64,000 bases of DNA from Burkholderiaceae bacterium (GCA_030157545.1 JAOAUN010000055.1:31517-95516), one strand, 5' to 3'. Positions 28,580 to 40,400 are shown, counted from the first letter of the stretch. Translations and numbers: made by a program. Notes: a model not told the origin generated them from the sequence alone.

Positions 28580-29776
28580 TTACCGCGCTGCCACTTTCAC
28601 GCCACCCCGCACACGATCATCCGGATGGACTATCACTTGCTCGCCTGTTTGGAGGCCTGACAGCACCTGCGCACCGCTGCCATTGCGCTGACCAATTTCG
28701 AGCCGTCGCTTGACGGCACGGCCTTCAGCGACTGTGTAGGCAGCCCAGCTGCTTCCGTCGCGAAACAGGGCACTGGCGGGGATTTGCAGCACATCGTTCG
28801 CTTCCCATAAAATGAAACTGGCTTCCACCCGAAAGCCGTCGCCCAGTCGTTGCCACTTTGACGCGGCCGAGGTAAAGGCGACGATGACCCAGACGCGCTG
28901 TTCTTCCACGCCGAGCGCCGAAACTTTGGTAAAGCCGGCCGGTTCGATCACGCGCACCGTACCTTCGAGCGCGCCATCACCACCCCAGCGCTCGAACAAC
29001 ACGCGCGCACCGGGATGAATACGCACTGCATCGGCTGACAACACGTCCACTTCCACTTCCAATGCACCCGGATCGCCAATCTCCATTAAGGCTTGGCCGG
29101 CAGCGACGGTCCCTTCGCTCTTGTGGATGACCCTCAGCACACGTCCGGCCACGGGGGATGGGATGACGACAGGTTTGCCGCTGCCGCCACTGGCTGCATA
29201 TTGCAGACTGGTGCGGGCTGCTTCAAGTTCATGTTTTGCAGTGGCCACCGCAAATTGTGCCGAGCGCAGTTCCGCTGCACTGCGCTCCGCGTTGCTGGTG
29301 GCTTGATCGGCTGCGGCGGCGCTGATATAGCCTGACTGACGCAGTGCATGCAGGCGCTGACTTTCTTTTTGTGCGAGGCTTGCATCGCTGGCTGCTGCGC
29401 TTGCATGTTGTTCAGCCGCGCTGACGCTGGCTGTCGTCGCACCGATGCGTGCCTGTGCCTCGGCGCGGCGACGTGCGTCCAGTATCTCGGCGCGCAGGGG
29501 CTCAAGTTCAACCAGTGTGGCGCCACGCGCTATGGCATTGCCGGCCTCATAGTGGATGCGCCGCGCATAGCCATTTACCGGAGCCGTGACGACATAGCGA
29601 TCCACGACCCGGGTGCGGCCTTCCTGCCCGATCGTGACGCGCAGTGGCGCGCGCTGTGCAGTGGCCAGATCGACCTCGATGGGCTGAGTGCGAAAGCACA
29701 GGAACAGTCCTGTTGCGACCAGCAGGGCGAGCAGGGCAAGCATGAGACGGCGACGATTTTGCACCTTGATTTTCAT
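28580..29776 (-). CDS. HlyD-family periplasmic adaptor (MacA/DevB-like membrane fusion protein)
   Basis: N-terminal TM anchor, Ala-rich coiled-coil hairpin (AEAQARIGATTASVSAAEQHASAAASDASLAQKE...), then a beta-barrel domain. Start is ATG 29776 or the GTG at 29782 that overlaps the permease stop. Confidence 0.8.
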   Translation of the reverse strand: MKIKVQNRRRLMLALLALLVATGLFLCFRTQPIEVDLATAQRAPLRVTIGQEGRTRVVDRYVVTAPVNGYARRIHYEAGNAIARGATLVELEPLRAEILDARRRAEAQARIGATTASVSAAEQHASAAASDASLAQKESQRLHALRQSGYISAAAADQATSNAERSAAELRSAQFAVATAKHELEAARTSLQYAASGGSGKPVVIPSPVAGRVLRVIHKSEGTVAAGQALMEIGDPGALEVEVDVLSADAVRIHPGARVLFERWGGDGALEGTVRVIEPAGFTKVSALGVEEQRVWVIVAFTSAASKWQRLGDGFRVEASFILWEANDVLQIPASALFRDGSSWAAYTVAEGRAVKRRLEIGQRNGSGAQVLSGLQTGEQVIVHPDDRVRGGVKVAAR

Positions 29777-29778
29777 AG

Positions 29779-32142
29779 TCACTCCGCTGCTTTCAGAACA
29801 GCAACCAGGTCAAGTTGATCCAGTCGGCGGCGCACCGCCAGACCGGATAGAAGCGCAGAAAACAGTACGACGCTTGCCGCAAACGCATAGGTTTGTGGTG
29901 CCAGCACTACGGGCACGCGGAAGAGGTCGTTTTGCATCGTGTGCGCGATGTAATAGCACATCCACTGTCCCAGCCACAGGCCAAGCGGTATCGCCGCCAA
30001 TGTCAGGATGCCCAGTTCGCCGAGCAGAATATAGGCAATCTCGGCGCGCGTAAAACCCAGTACACGGAGGCTGGCCAGTTCGCGCCCGCGCTCCGTGAGC
30101 GCGATGCGCGCACTGTTATAAATTACACCGAAGGCGATGATGATCGCAAACACGGTAGCGACGTAGGTAAAGAAAAGCATGGTCTCGTTCATCATGCGGT
30201 TGAAGTTACGAATTTCCTGCACGCGTTCGGCTACACCGGCAATCCTTGGCATACTTTTCAGGCGTGCATACAGTGAGCTTAACTGCGCGCTGTCTGTGCT
30301 GAGGTAGGCGCCCGAGAGCGTCGGGCCTTCCTGCATGAAGCGGTTCAGTGCTGCCAGTTGCATGTAAGCTGATACGCCGAGATATTCGCGCACCAGACCC
30401 GACACGACCGCTTCGCGCACCGGCCGATTACCTTCCAGTACCTCGACGATGACGCGATCTCCCACCCGCACATCGAGCAATTTGCCAAGAAAGTCTGTCA
30501 GTAAAATGCCTTCCGCCGGCAAGGCGACCGGCTGCAAATCGGCATCCAGCACGCGCGCGATATCACCGCCCGGCTCTATGCCGCGAATGCCGGTGCGATA
30601 AGTATGCTGTGCATGCCGCAGTCTTACCGGAACGCTGCGGAAACCTTCCACGTGCTGCACACCCGGCAGTGCGAGCAGGTCGAAGCGGGCGCGGTAAGAG
30701 GTGGGGTCGGTGAAAGTCAGCGACAGGTCTTCACGCTGTGCCATGCCGAACTGTATGTTGACCATATAGCTCACTGTGTCGCGCTGGAACAGGCCGGTCA
30801 GGATGATCCCGCATGCCATCGCAATGCCGAGCACAGTGAACGCAGATTTTACAGTCTGGCGCTGGATATGGCGGATGATCATGCGCGTCGGTTGCGACAG
30901 CCAGCGCTTCATCCCCAGTTTTTCCACCCATGTTTCGCGATAGCGTGCCGGCGGCTCCGGCCGCATCGCTTGCGCCGGCCGCAAGCTGGCGGCACGCCAT
31001 ACGGCAAACACGGTTCCAAGTCCTGCGGCCATCAGGCTGGCGATGGCGGCCTGCAGCACGGTGGCGGGGTGCAAGCTGAATTTCAAATAGGGAAAATGAT
31101 AAAACTCGGTGTAGATATCGGAGAGTCCCTTGCCCAGCCACGCACCAAGCGCGATGCCGCCAATGATGCCGAGCCCGACAATTACCGAGACCATTTTCAG
31201 GTAATGCCACAGCACGTCAACATTGCCATAGCCGAAGGCCTTGAGCGTAGCCACCTGTTCGCGTTGCATCGCCACCAGTCGCCCGATGACGACATTCAAC
31301 AGGAAGGCGGCGATGCCCATGAACATGGCGGGGAACAGGCTCGCCAGTGTGCCGAGTTGCTCCAGTTCCTGATTCAGAAAGCGATGCGAGCGTTGATCCT
31401 TGCGCGCGTCCGCGCCCAGTCCGCCATAAGGCTTGAGCAGTTCATCAAGGCGGTCGATGATGGCTTGACGGTCTGCCCCCGGACGCAGGCTTAATGTCAG
31501 GTCGTTGAAGGCGTTGTGCATGTCATAGGCCTGACCGAAGGCGCGTCGCTCCATCCACATCACGCCATAGCGCTTGAAATCGGGAAAGGCAGAGCCGGGT
31601 CGCAGCTGCTGTATGAATTCCGGCGACAGGGCGCTGCCGGCTACGGTCAGTGCCTGACGCCGGCCGTTGAGAATGGCGTAAATTCGGTCGCCCGGTTGCA
31701 GCGCATGGGCTTTCGCAAAGGGCGCACTCACCACCACCTCGTCCGGCCGATCTGCTGCCGGCAATCTGCCTTCGCGCAAGTGCAGGGCATTCAGGCCCTG
31801 TCTGCCATTGTCGGACACCGACACCATCAGCGCTGTGACTGGCTCATCAAAATCCGGCATGTCCAGCCTGACCTGCGCCACTACCCGTGTCTCGACCTTG
31901 TCCACGCCGTCTATGTCCTGTATGCGCTGGCGCAGCGATTCCGGTGCGCGCTTGAGCGAGACGAAGATGTCGGCGAAACGGTAGTCGCGGTAATAGCTGT
32001 CTTGTGTTGCGCGCAGCGCCTGCAATGCGCTGAGGAACATGATGAAGGTGCCGACACCGCACATCACCACCAGCGCAATCGCCAGTGCCTGGCTTTTCAT
32101 CTGCCCGAGGTCGCGCCAGAGCTTGCGATCCAGTGCTTTCAC
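29779..32142 (-). CDS. ABC transporter permease with two FtsX/MacB-type domains
   Basis: 787 aa with a duplicated 4-TM FtsX-like module and large periplasmic loops. GTG start overlaps the ATPase stop (GTGA). Confidence 0.8.
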   Translation of the reverse strand: MKALDRKLWRDLGQMKSQALAIALVVMCGVGTFIMFLSALQALRATQDSYYRDYRFADIFVSLKRAPESLRQRIQDIDGVDKVETRVVAQVRLDMPDFDEPVTALMVSVSDNGRQGLNALHLREGRLPAADRPDEVVVSAPFAKAHALQPGDRIYAILNGRRQALTVAGSALSPEFIQQLRPGSAFPDFKRYGVMWMERRAFGQAYDMHNAFNDLTLSLRPGADRQAIIDRLDELLKPYGGLGADARKDQRSHRFLNQELEQLGTLASLFPAMFMGIAAFLLNVVIGRLVAMQREQVATLKAFGYGNVDVLWHYLKMVSVIVGLGIIGGIALGAWLGKGLSDIYTEFYHFPYLKFSLHPATVLQAAIASLMAAGLGTVFAVWRAASLRPAQAMRPEPPARYRETWVEKLGMKRWLSQPTRMIIRHIQRQTVKSAFTVLGIAMACGIILTGLFQRDTVSYMVNIQFGMAQREDLSLTFTDPTSYRARFDLLALPGVQHVEGFRSVPVRLRHAQHTYRTGIRGIEPGGDIARVLDADLQPVALPAEGILLTDFLGKLLDVRVGDRVIVEVLEGNRPVREAVVSGLVREYLGVSAYMQLAALNRFMQEGPTLSGAYLSTDSAQLSSLYARLKSMPRIAGVAERVQEIRNFNRMMNETMLFFTYVATVFAIIIAFGVIYNSARIALTERGRELASLRVLGFTRAEIAYILLGELGILTLAAIPLGLWLGQWMCYYIAHTMQNDLFRVPVVLAPQTYAFAASVVLFSALLSGLAVRRRLDQLDLVAVLKAAE

Positions 32143-32798
32143 CAGCGCAGCTCCGCTGCCGGTTTTTTATGCGCGTTGCGCTCTATGCGGGCCACTACGC
32201 CGTCGCCGAAATAGATGACACGATCGGCCATCTCTGCGATCACGGCATTGTGGGTGATGACGACTGTGGTCGTGCCTAGTTCCTGATTGACGCGGGCGAT
32301 CACTTCCAGCACCAGCACGCCAGTTTGTACATCCAGTGCGCCGGTTGGTTCGTCACATAACAACACCTGTGGACGCTTCGCGACGGCGCGTGCAATCGCC
32401 ACGCGCTGTTGTTCGCCGCCCGACATCTGGGTTGGAAAATGATCCATACGCTGGCCGAGTCCGACTAAGCTCAGCGCTTCTTCCGGTGTCATCGGCTTGT
32501 CGGCGATCTCGGTGACGAGGGCAACATTTTCGCGAGCGGTCAGGCTGGGGATGAGATTGTAGAACTGGAATACGAAGCCGATATGCGCGCGGCGGTATTG
32601 CGTCATCGACGCATCATTATCGAGATGCAGTTCCTGCCCGGCATAGCGCACCGTTCCACTACTTGGTGCGTCGAGACCGCCCAGGATATTGAGCAGGGTT
32701 GATTTGCCGCTGCCGGAAGGTCCGAGCAAGACCACAAATTCACCGGGAAGCAGATCCAGATCTACGCCGCGCAAGGCTTGCACCTGCACTTCGCCCAT
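32139..32798 (-). CDS. ABC transporter ATP-binding protein (MacB/LolD-type); true start probably upstream of the annotated ATG
   Basis: Walker [10 protein letters not shown], signature [14 protein letters not shown], Walker [12 protein letters not shown]. The open frame continues upstream to 32888 and encodes ...[13 protein letters not shown], which resembles the first beta-strand of ABC ATPases. That stretch has no ATG, GTG or TTG. Confidence 0.85.
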   Translation of the reverse strand: MGEVQVQALRGVDLDLLPGEFVVLLGPSGSGKSTLLNILGGLDAPSSGTVRYAGQELHLDNDASMTQYRRAHIGFVFQFYNLIPSLTARENVALVTEIADKPMTPEEALSLVGLGQRMDHFPTQMSGGEQQRVAIARAVAKRPQVLLCDEPTGALDVQTGVLVLEVIARVNQELGTTTVVITHNAVIAEMADRVIYFGDGVVARIERNAHKKPAAELRW

Positions 32799-32990
32799 CT
32801 GGTAAACCTTGGTCAGGCCGCGTGCTTCAAAGAGTGGGTCTGGCGTAGCTTTGGTCTGTCCAAAATTCGGATCGATTTTAATCTCGCATCAGAGGTTCAG
32901 ATATTTGTAACTATGCCTTCTGGAGAGGCAGTGCACAATGGAAATAATCTTTAGACTGATACAAATCAATCTGAGAGTTCTTGAATGTAG

Positions 32991-33016
32991 AAAAGCCGGC
33001 GTTGCAGCCGGCTTTT
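32991..33016. terminator. hairpin downstream of purB
   Basis: aaaa-gccggc-gttgca-gccggc-tttt, followed by ctgttttt. Confidence 0.55.
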
Positions 33017-33045
33017 CTGTTTTTACTAATGTTTCTTTTGTTTGC

Positions 33046-34449
<1,404 letters not shown>

Positions 34450-34573
34450 CTATCAAGCCGACATTTTACCATTCGCGCATACGAACAATTTGGCTGGCCA
34501 TTATTGCTTTACGCCTGCTTTTTGTAAGATATGCCGATGCTATAATCATCATCCCTACATTTGCCTGGTCACC

Positions 34574-35185
34574 ATGAAACTTATTGGATCTCTCGCCAGT
34601 CCCTACGTCCGCAAAGTCCGCGTTGTCATGGCGGAAAAAAAGCTGGATTACGAGTTAATTCTGGAAGACGTCTGGGCGCCTGACTCGACGATCAGCCTGT
34701 CCAATCCGCTTGGCAAAGTACCTTGCCTGATTATGGAAGACAACGGTGCGATGTTTGATTCGCGCGTGATTGTCGAATATCTCGACACCATGTCGCCGGT
34801 TGGCAAGCTGCTTCCTACGCAAGGGCGCGAGCGCGCCAGCATCAAGTGCTGGGAAGCGCTGGCTGATGGCGTGCTCGACGCCGGCATTCTGGTGCGTCTG
34901 GAACGTACCCAGCGCCAGCCCGAGCAGCAGAGCGCAGCCTGGATAGAACGTCAGCTTGCCAAGGTCGACAATGGCTTGAAAGCGATGTCGGCCGGACTTG
35001 GTGAAACCCCGTATTGTGTAGGTAATTCGTTAACGCTGGCCGATGTGGCCGTGGGCTGTGCGCTCGGCTGGCTGGCATTCCGCTTTCCGGAAATCACCTG
35101 GCGCGACGATTATGCCAATCTGGCGCGCCTGTTTGACAAATTGTCGGAGCGGCCGTCGTTTAAAGACACCGTACCTATTGCGTAA
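34574..35185 (+). CDS. yibF: glutathione S-transferase (YibF-like)
   Basis: MKLIGSLASPYVRKVRVVMAEKKLDYEL...NPLGKVPCLIMEDNGAMFDSRVIVEYLD is a thioredoxin-like GST N-domain. Start set at ATG 34574, not the track start at 34412. Confidence 0.7.
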   Translation: MKLIGSLASPYVRKVRVVMAEKKLDYELILEDVWAPDSTISLSNPLGKVPCLIMEDNGAMFDSRVIVEYLDTMSPVGKLLPTQGRERASIKCWEALADGVLDAGILVRLERTQRQPEQQSAAWIERQLAKVDNGLKAMSAGLGETPYCVGNSLTLADVAVGCALGWLAFRFPEITWRDDYANLARLFDKLSERPSFKDTVPIA

Positions 35186-35199
35186 TTTGCCGGCAGCAT

Positions 35200-35237
35200 A
35201 AAAAAAACGGAGCCATGTGAATGCGCTCCGTTTTTTT
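35200..35237. terminator. bidirectional rho-independent terminator (GST / bfr convergent)
   Basis: aaaaaaaa-cggagc-catgtgaatgc-gctccg-ttttttt. Confidence 0.75.
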
Positions 35238-35252
35238 ATGCCTGAACCTGCT

Positions 35253-35726
35253 TCAGCCCGGTTCGACTTGCGATTGCAAATAATTCGGCAGCCCGAGCTT
35301 GTCGATCAGGTCGATCTGCGTTTCGAGCCAGTCGATATGTTCTTCGGTGTCGTCCAGAATATGCTGGAAAATTTCACGCGATACATAGTCACGTGCCGCC
35401 TCACAGGCGGCGATGCCTTCTTTCACAGTCTTCTGTGACAGATGCTCGAGCTTCAAGTCGCAGGCCAGCATTTCCGGCGTTGTCTCGCCCAGCAAAAGCT
35501 TGTGCAGCGTTTGCAGGTTCGGCAAACCTTCGAGCATAAGAATGCGGTTGATCAACTGATCCGCATGCTTCATTTCACCGATCGATTCTTCGTATTCTTT
35601 TTTCCCTAGCTTGGCAAAGCCCCAGTGCTGATACATGCGGGCATGCAGGAAATACTGATTGATTGCAGTGAGCTCATTGGTGAGTTGCGCATTCAACAGC
35701 TTGATGATTTGTGCATCGCCTTTCAT
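35253..35726 (-). CDS. bfr: bacterioferritin
   Basis: MKGDAQIIKLLNAQLTNELTAINQYFLHARMYQHWGF...EMKHADQLINRILMLEGLPN (ferroxidase ligands and the haem Met). Start ATG 35726 gives 157 aa. Confidence 0.9.
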   Translation of the reverse strand: MKGDAQIIKLLNAQLTNELTAINQYFLHARMYQHWGFAKLGKKEYEESIGEMKHADQLINRILMLEGLPNLQTLHKLLLGETTPEMLACDLKLEHLSQKTVKEGIAACEAARDYVSREIFQHILDDTEEHIDWLETQIDLIDKLGLPNYLQSQVEPG

Positions 35727-35741
35727 GGGGGCCTCTAAAAA

Positions 35742-35769
35742 ATAAGTGGAGCAGTTATAAGTGGGGCAG
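35742..35769. repeat. tandem 13-nt direct repeat 16-43 nt upstream of the bfr ATG
   Basis: ataagtggagcag (35742-35754) and ataagtggggcag (35757-35769), period 15 nt, 12/13 identical. Confidence 0.6.
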
Positions 35770-35846
35770 TTAAGCAATAAACAGCATGTCATCATACCTG
35801 AGGAGCGACGGCTTGCCATGCTGCGGCTTCGTTTCGTTAGTGGGAA

Positions 35847-36893
35847 TCATTCCGGTGGGGCTTTCAGAATGGAAGCGACGTTCGCAAACCCAGTCAACGC
35901 CATCGTCATTTCCAGTTCATCGCGTAGCAAGCGAATGACGTGCGCAACGCCGAGCGCGCCGGCAGCGGTCAGCCCCCAGATAAAAGGCCGCCCGATCAGG
36001 ACTGCATGCGCCCCTAGTGCCAGAGCCTTGAACGCATCACTGCCGCTGCGGATGCCGCTGTCGAACAGGATCGTTGTCTGCTCGCCGAGTCGCGCTGTAA
36101 TCGCTGCCAGAGAATGCAGGCTGGCCGGCGTGCCGTCGAGCACGCGCCCGCCGTGGTTGGAGACGATGATGCCGTCACAGCCGATGGCAATCGCCTGCGC
36201 TGCATCCTCTGCATGCAGCAAGCCCTTGACCAGCAAGGGCAGCCTGGTCTGTTCCCTGAGCCAGGCCACATCAGACCAGCGCGGTGCGCGCGCCATCCAG
36301 TGGTCGAACACTTCGCTTTGGCCTTGTGCCAGCGCCGGCACGGGCGACTTGGCGGCATGGCCGGCTTCAAGATTGACTGCGCTGATGCCGGGTGGCAGAT
36401 TGAAATTCGCTTGCTTGACCGGCGCGTCGACCGTCAACACGATGGCCTTGCAAGCCGCGGCCTCAGCTTTGCGCAACAGCGCAAGCGTCGATTCACGGCT
36501 GCCTTGCCAGTACAGTTGAAACCATAGCGCAGCGCCTGATTGGGCAATGCTTTCTATCGTCATGCTGGCGAGACTGCTCACAATGTAGGGCGCGCCCTGC
36601 GCTTCTGCTGCCATAGCGGCAGCGAGTTCGCCATCAGCATGAAACAGACGCTGGTAGGCGATCGGCGCCAGCAGCAGCGGATGTGCATAGTCTTGTCCAA
36701 ATAATTTGATGCGGGTGTGGCCGCCGCTGACATCGACCAGCGGACGGGGCATCAGTGGTGTGTCGTTCAGCGCAGTGATGTTGGCTGCCATAGTGCGGCC
36801 TGCACCGGCGCCGTCGCTCAGATAGCGCCAGACTTCAGCAGGCAGTTTTTGTTGTGCCAGCTGCTGGTAATCTGCAATCGATATGGTTTGCAA
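35847..36893 (-). CDS. FMN-dependent alpha-hydroxy-acid dehydrogenase/oxidase family protein
   Basis: ISIADYQQLAQQKLPAEVWRYLSDGAG..., SNHGGRVLDG, FDSGIRSGSD. TTG start lies 1 nt after the piuC stop. Confidence 0.75.
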   Translation of the reverse strand: MQTISIADYQQLAQQKLPAEVWRYLSDGAGAGRTMAANITALNDTPLMPRPLVDVSGGHTRIKLFGQDYAHPLLLAPIAYQRLFHADGELAAAMAAEAQGAPYIVSSLASMTIESIAQSGAALWFQLYWQGSRESTLALLRKAEAAACKAIVLTVDAPVKQANFNLPPGISAVNLEAGHAAKSPVPALAQGQSEVFDHWMARAPRWSDVAWLREQTRLPLLVKGLLHAEDAAQAIAIGCDGIIVSNHGGRVLDGTPASLHSLAAITARLGEQTTILFDSGIRSGSDAFKALALGAHAVLIGRPFIWGLTAAGALGVAHVIRLLRDELEMTMALTGFANVASILKAPPE

Positions 36894-36894
36894 A

Positions 36895-37581
36895 TCAGCT
36901 CTCCGCCCACTGGCGCAGCAGGTTGTGATAAGTGCCTGTGAGTTTCACCACAGCGCCGGTCTCGCCCACTGTTTCGCGCAATTCCAGCAATGCCATATCC
37001 ATGTCATACAGCAGGCGCCGTTGCTCCGGACTCCTGACCATGCTTTGCATGAACATGAAAGAGGCTACGCGTTCGCCGCTTGTTACCGGCGTCACATGGT
37101 GAACGGAAGAAGACGGATACAGCACCAGACCGCCTGCCTTGAGCTTGATGCCATGTTCGCCAAAAGTGTCGACGATGGTCAGCACGCCACCTTCATATGA
37201 TTCGGGGTCGGACAGGAACAGCGTGGCAGAAATATCGGAGCGCATTGACGTGCCCGCACCGTTCGGTATCTGCCGCATCGCGCTATCGACATGCGCGCCG
37301 TAGGTGTTCGATTCACCCGCGTAGCGATTGAAGAATGGCGGCAGGATTTTAAGCGGCAGTGCCGCTGCAAAAAACAGGGGGTTGCGGTTAAGTGCACTCA
37401 GCACCAGCCGGCGCAGCGCAGGCAAGTGTTCGGCATCTTCGGGCAGTTGCTGATTATTTTTTACCTGTGCCGCTTGAGAGCCGGCCGTGATCTGGCCACT
37501 CGCCCATTGGCTGCGGGCGAGCAGGTCGCGCGCCAGTGCCAGCTCGTCAGGGTCCAGCAAATTATCGATGGTGACGAGCAT
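36895..37581 (-). CDS. piuC: Fe(II)/2-oxoglutarate-dependent PKHD-type hydroxylase (PiuC/YbiX family)
   Basis: MLVTIDNLLDPDELALARDLL...GSQAAQVKNNQQL..., HVD...H facial-triad context. 228 aa, next to a TonB-dependent receptor as in piuC loci. Confidence 0.8.
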   Translation of the reverse strand: MLVTIDNLLDPDELALARDLLARSQWASGQITAGSQAAQVKNNQQLPEDAEHLPALRRLVLSALNRNPLFFAAALPLKILPPFFNRYAGESNTYGAHVDSAMRQIPNGAGTSMRSDISATLFLSDPESYEGGVLTIVDTFGEHGIKLKAGGLVLYPSSSVHHVTPVTSGERVASFMFMQSMVRSPEQRRLLYDMDMALLELRETVGETGAVVKLTGTYHNLLRQWAES

Positions 37582-37596
37582 GGCGTAGCGGTCCTG

Positions 37597-39783
37597 TCAG
37601 TATTTGATCTCGGCTGTCAGGATGAGTGTCCTGCGGGTACCCGGTATGGTGAAGCCGCCGTTGTCATAAACGGCATCGTAGTACAGCTTGTCAAAAACGT
37701 TTTTCATGTTGAGTTTGACTGTATAGGCCTTATGTTCGTATGCAAGCATCGCATCCCAGCGATGATACGAAGGCGCCGTGTTCGGATGATAGACGCCGTT
37801 CAGAGTTGGCACCGCAGCAGCGCTGCTCGGGTTCAAGGCCTGACGGTCGCCCTTGGCTTCGACGCCGCCACCGATTTTCCAGTTGCTGTTGATCTTGTAG
37901 GTAGACCATACATTGAACGTGTACTTTGGCGTGTTGCGCGCACGCTGGCCAACGTAGCCGGCATTGCCCGTCGTGACAACGCTGGTTATGGCGTTTATAT
38001 TCTCTGCCACTTCCAGTATGCGCGCATCCATCAGCGCCAGTCCTGAGAAGATTTCCCAGTTGCTTGTGATGCGGCCTGCGGCCTCCAGCTCGAAGCCGTC
38101 GGTGCGGCGTTTTTTGGTCAGGATGCTGGCTGTCGATTCAAGGTCTGCGTTACGTTCCCAGTTTTTAGTCGCCCGGTACAGCGCAGCACGCAGAGACAGG
38201 TTGCCGTCAGCCAGCAGCCACTTGGCGCCGAGTTCGATGATGTCGCTGCGCTCCGCCGGTTGTGGAACCACTGTTAGTTGGTAAAGGTCGGCAGTCGGAC
38301 TGAAGGAATCGCTGAAAGCCAGATAGTAATGTCTGTCTTCTCGTGGGTGGAAAGACAGGGCAGTGCGATAACTCATTTCACCAAATTTCAGGCTGGGCGA
38401 AGTCGCACTGGAGTAGCTTGCATTCATTTGGTCGCGGCGGGCGCCCAGTGTGGCCTTCCATTTTGGTATGAACTCCACCGTGTCCTGTGCATAAACGGCG
38501 TAGGAATCACTCTTGAACGTGCTCGGCGTAGCGTTACCTACATACGGATAGTAGATGGGCGTACTGTTCGCGTCGCCGCTTGCTCCGCTTCCAAAATCCT
38601 GCAGCGCGCGGCGCGAACCTTCTTCGCTCAGGTATTCAAGACCAGTTACTACTTCATGCTTCATGCCCAAAGCGTTGAATTTTTTGCTGTAGTCCGATTG
38701 CAGCGTCGTGGTTTTGTAGGACGCCATGCGCGTCTTGTTATTGTTGCCGCGGATGCCATCGATATCCGGCGCAGTTGTCTGCGGCTCTGATGCCCAGTAG
38801 CTGCGCTGGTAATCTGCATAGCGCAGTTGAGTACGCAACAGGCTGCCCGGATCAATGCGAAATTCATGAATCAGTGTGGTCATCGACGTTTCGCTGTTAT
38901 CGAATGTTTTTGGCGTGCCCCAAAAATAATTCGATGGATATGCGGTGGTCGGCGCACGAGTCGCAGTATCAAAGCGCAGGCCGTAATCCGGATTGTCGCG
39001 GGTCTTCAGATAGTACTGATTGATCCAGAATTTATTGTCGCCCTGCTGGTTCAGTGCCAGGCTCAGAGCCAGTCCCTGGCGATGAATCTCCGGCTCGGCG
39101 CCGTTGGTCGGGTTTCGGCGCCAGCTACCTTCGTCGCGATTCATCAAATTTACACGCAGTCCGGTGTCGTCATTGATGGACTTGTTCAAGTCGAAAGTTT
39201 GTTGGCCGTAGCCGCGTGAGCCAATGCTCATGCTGGCTTTGTACTGGTCGAAATCCAGCGGTGTCTTGCTGACCTGATTGATGACGCCGCCAGCCTGGCC
39301 ACGGCCAAACAGCATTGCGCCGGCGCCGCGCAGCACATCAACTTGTTCGAGGTTGAAAGTCTCGCGGTTGTATTGCGCCGTGTCGCGTATGCCGTCGAGA
39401 TACATATCGCCGAAAGTGTAGAAGCCGCGCAGGTTCATGTTGTCGCCAGCGCGTCCGCCTTCGGCTGCATTGAAGCTGATGCCGGACACATTGCGCAAGG
39501 CTTCCTGCAAAGAGCCGACCTGCTGTTCCTGAAGAAGGTTGCTGGTGACGGTGGTTAGCGCCTGCGGCACCTCGTGCGGGTCCTGCATGATTTTGCCAAC
39601 GCGGGTCTTGGTGGCCATGTAAGCGGGTTCGTCGCGCAGCGCTTTGACTTCAACGGCAGGCAGCGAGCCGGCCTCTGACTTGGAGCTTGTGCCGGTCGTC
39701 TCTGCTATAGCGCCGGAGCCACTGCAAATGACTAGTCCGGCCATTAACGCGCCGAGTGGTTTTAAATTTGGATTCGATGGCAT
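37597..39783 (-). CDS. TonB-dependent siderophore/catecholate receptor
   Basis: Signal peptide, plug domain (...NLRGFYTFGDMYLDGIRD..., VDVLRGAGAMLFGRGQAGGVIN), and a 22-strand barrel-sized C-terminus. Confidence 0.85.
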   Translation of the reverse strand: MPSNPNLKPLGALMAGLVICSGSGAIAETTGTSSKSEAGSLPAVEVKALRDEPAYMATKTRVGKIMQDPHEVPQALTTVTSNLLQEQQVGSLQEALRNVSGISFNAAEGGRAGDNMNLRGFYTFGDMYLDGIRDTAQYNRETFNLEQVDVLRGAGAMLFGRGQAGGVINQVSKTPLDFDQYKASMSIGSRGYGQQTFDLNKSINDDTGLRVNLMNRDEGSWRRNPTNGAEPEIHRQGLALSLALNQQGDNKFWINQYYLKTRDNPDYGLRFDTATRAPTTAYPSNYFWGTPKTFDNSETSMTTLIHEFRIDPGSLLRTQLRYADYQRSYWASEPQTTAPDIDGIRGNNNKTRMASYKTTTLQSDYSKKFNALGMKHEVVTGLEYLSEEGSRRALQDFGSGASGDANSTPIYYPYVGNATPSTFKSDSYAVYAQDTVEFIPKWKATLGARRDQMNASYSSATSPSLKFGEMSYRTALSFHPREDRHYYLAFSDSFSPTADLYQLTVVPQPAERSDIIELGAKWLLADGNLSLRAALYRATKNWERNADLESTASILTKKRRTDGFELEAAGRITSNWEIFSGLALMDARILEVAENINAITSVVTTGNAGYVGQRARNTPKYTFNVWSTYKINSNWKIGGGVEAKGDRQALNPSSAAAVPTLNGVYHPNTAPSYHRWDAMLAYEHKAYTVKLNMKNVFDKLYYDAVYDNGGFTIPGTRRTLILTAEIKY

Positions 39784-39914
39784 TACTAAGTCCCGGATAT
39801 TGAAACCAGATCAAGCTGGAAAGAAACTTGGCTGGCTATCGGGGCTGTCAGGCCGTGATTGGCTGGCTAATTGAGGTATTTACGAACTCTGCCTGAAGGT
39901 TCAGGCTAAATCCA

Positions 39915-40127
39915 TCAGACTGCTGCAAAGGCAGGCTGGAAAAAAGCGGGTTGGTTCGCCTGATCTTCAAGGCATTCACGCAAAATCGTTTTGGCGCATG
40001 AATTGCATTTGCCGCAGCAATTGCCCACTTCGAGCGTTTCGCGCAAGGCCGACAGCGAGGTGACACCGTTATCCACCGCTTTGCGGATGGCTTTGTCAGA
40101 AACGTTATTGCAGATGCATACGATCAT
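39915..40127 (-). CDS. bfd: bacterioferritin-associated ferredoxin
   Basis: MIVCICNNVSDKAIRKAV...GNCCGKCNSCA is the BFD-like [2Fe-2S] Cys pattern. Confidence 0.85.
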   Translation of the reverse strand: MIVCICNNVSDKAIRKAVDNGVTSLSALRETLEVGNCCGKCNSCAKTILRECLEDQANQPAFFQPAFAAV

Positions 40128-40159
40128 GGGGTAATCCTGTCGGTCATTTTCGGTCCGGA

Positions 40160-40339
40160 TCAGGCCGTCAAGATCAATTTATTGGCATGCGTCAGTCGCA
40201 GCCGGTAGATCTTGCCGTCGTGATCAATCTCGATCTCGCGTGTTTGCTTCAATAATTCCTGCACTTTGATTCTGTTCAATGCGCTGCTGCCGTTGTTGCT
40301 TGTAGCTGCTTGTGCAACGAGTTTTGGCACTGCTGTCAT
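40160..40339 (-). CDS. hemP: hemin-uptake protein HemP-like small protein (59 aa, below the ORF-track cutoff)
   Basis: Minus-strand ORF MTAVPKLVAQAATSNNGSSALNRIKVQELLKQTREIEIDHDGKIYRLRLTHANKLILTA. The C-terminal I.H.G..Y.LR.T...KLILT pattern is the HemP signature. It sits at the head of the iron block. Confidence 0.6.
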   Translation of the reverse strand: MTAVPKLVAQAATSNNGSSALNRIKVQELLKQTREIEIDHDGKIYRLRLTHANKLILTA

Positions 40340-40340
40340 G

Positions 40341-40400
40341 GTGATTATTGTTAATCTGTGAATGCGAACAATTCTTGTTTAGATTATTGACTATCTACAT
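40341..40400 (-). promoter_or_regulatory. AT-rich region with several partial Fur-box-like hexamer arrays upstream of hemP
   Basis: Minus strand contains gatagtcaataatc, gaattgttcgcattc and gattaacaataatcac immediately 5' of the hemP ATG. Each is only a partial match to GATAATGATAATCATTATC. Confidence 0.25.

Noticed and set aside
39784-39914. Independent Fur box or promoter for the TonB-dependent receptor
   Set aside because: No sequence in the spacer approaches the GATAATGATAATCATTATC consensus. The only notable structure is a short hairpin gcctgaa-ggt-tcaggc without a T-tract.
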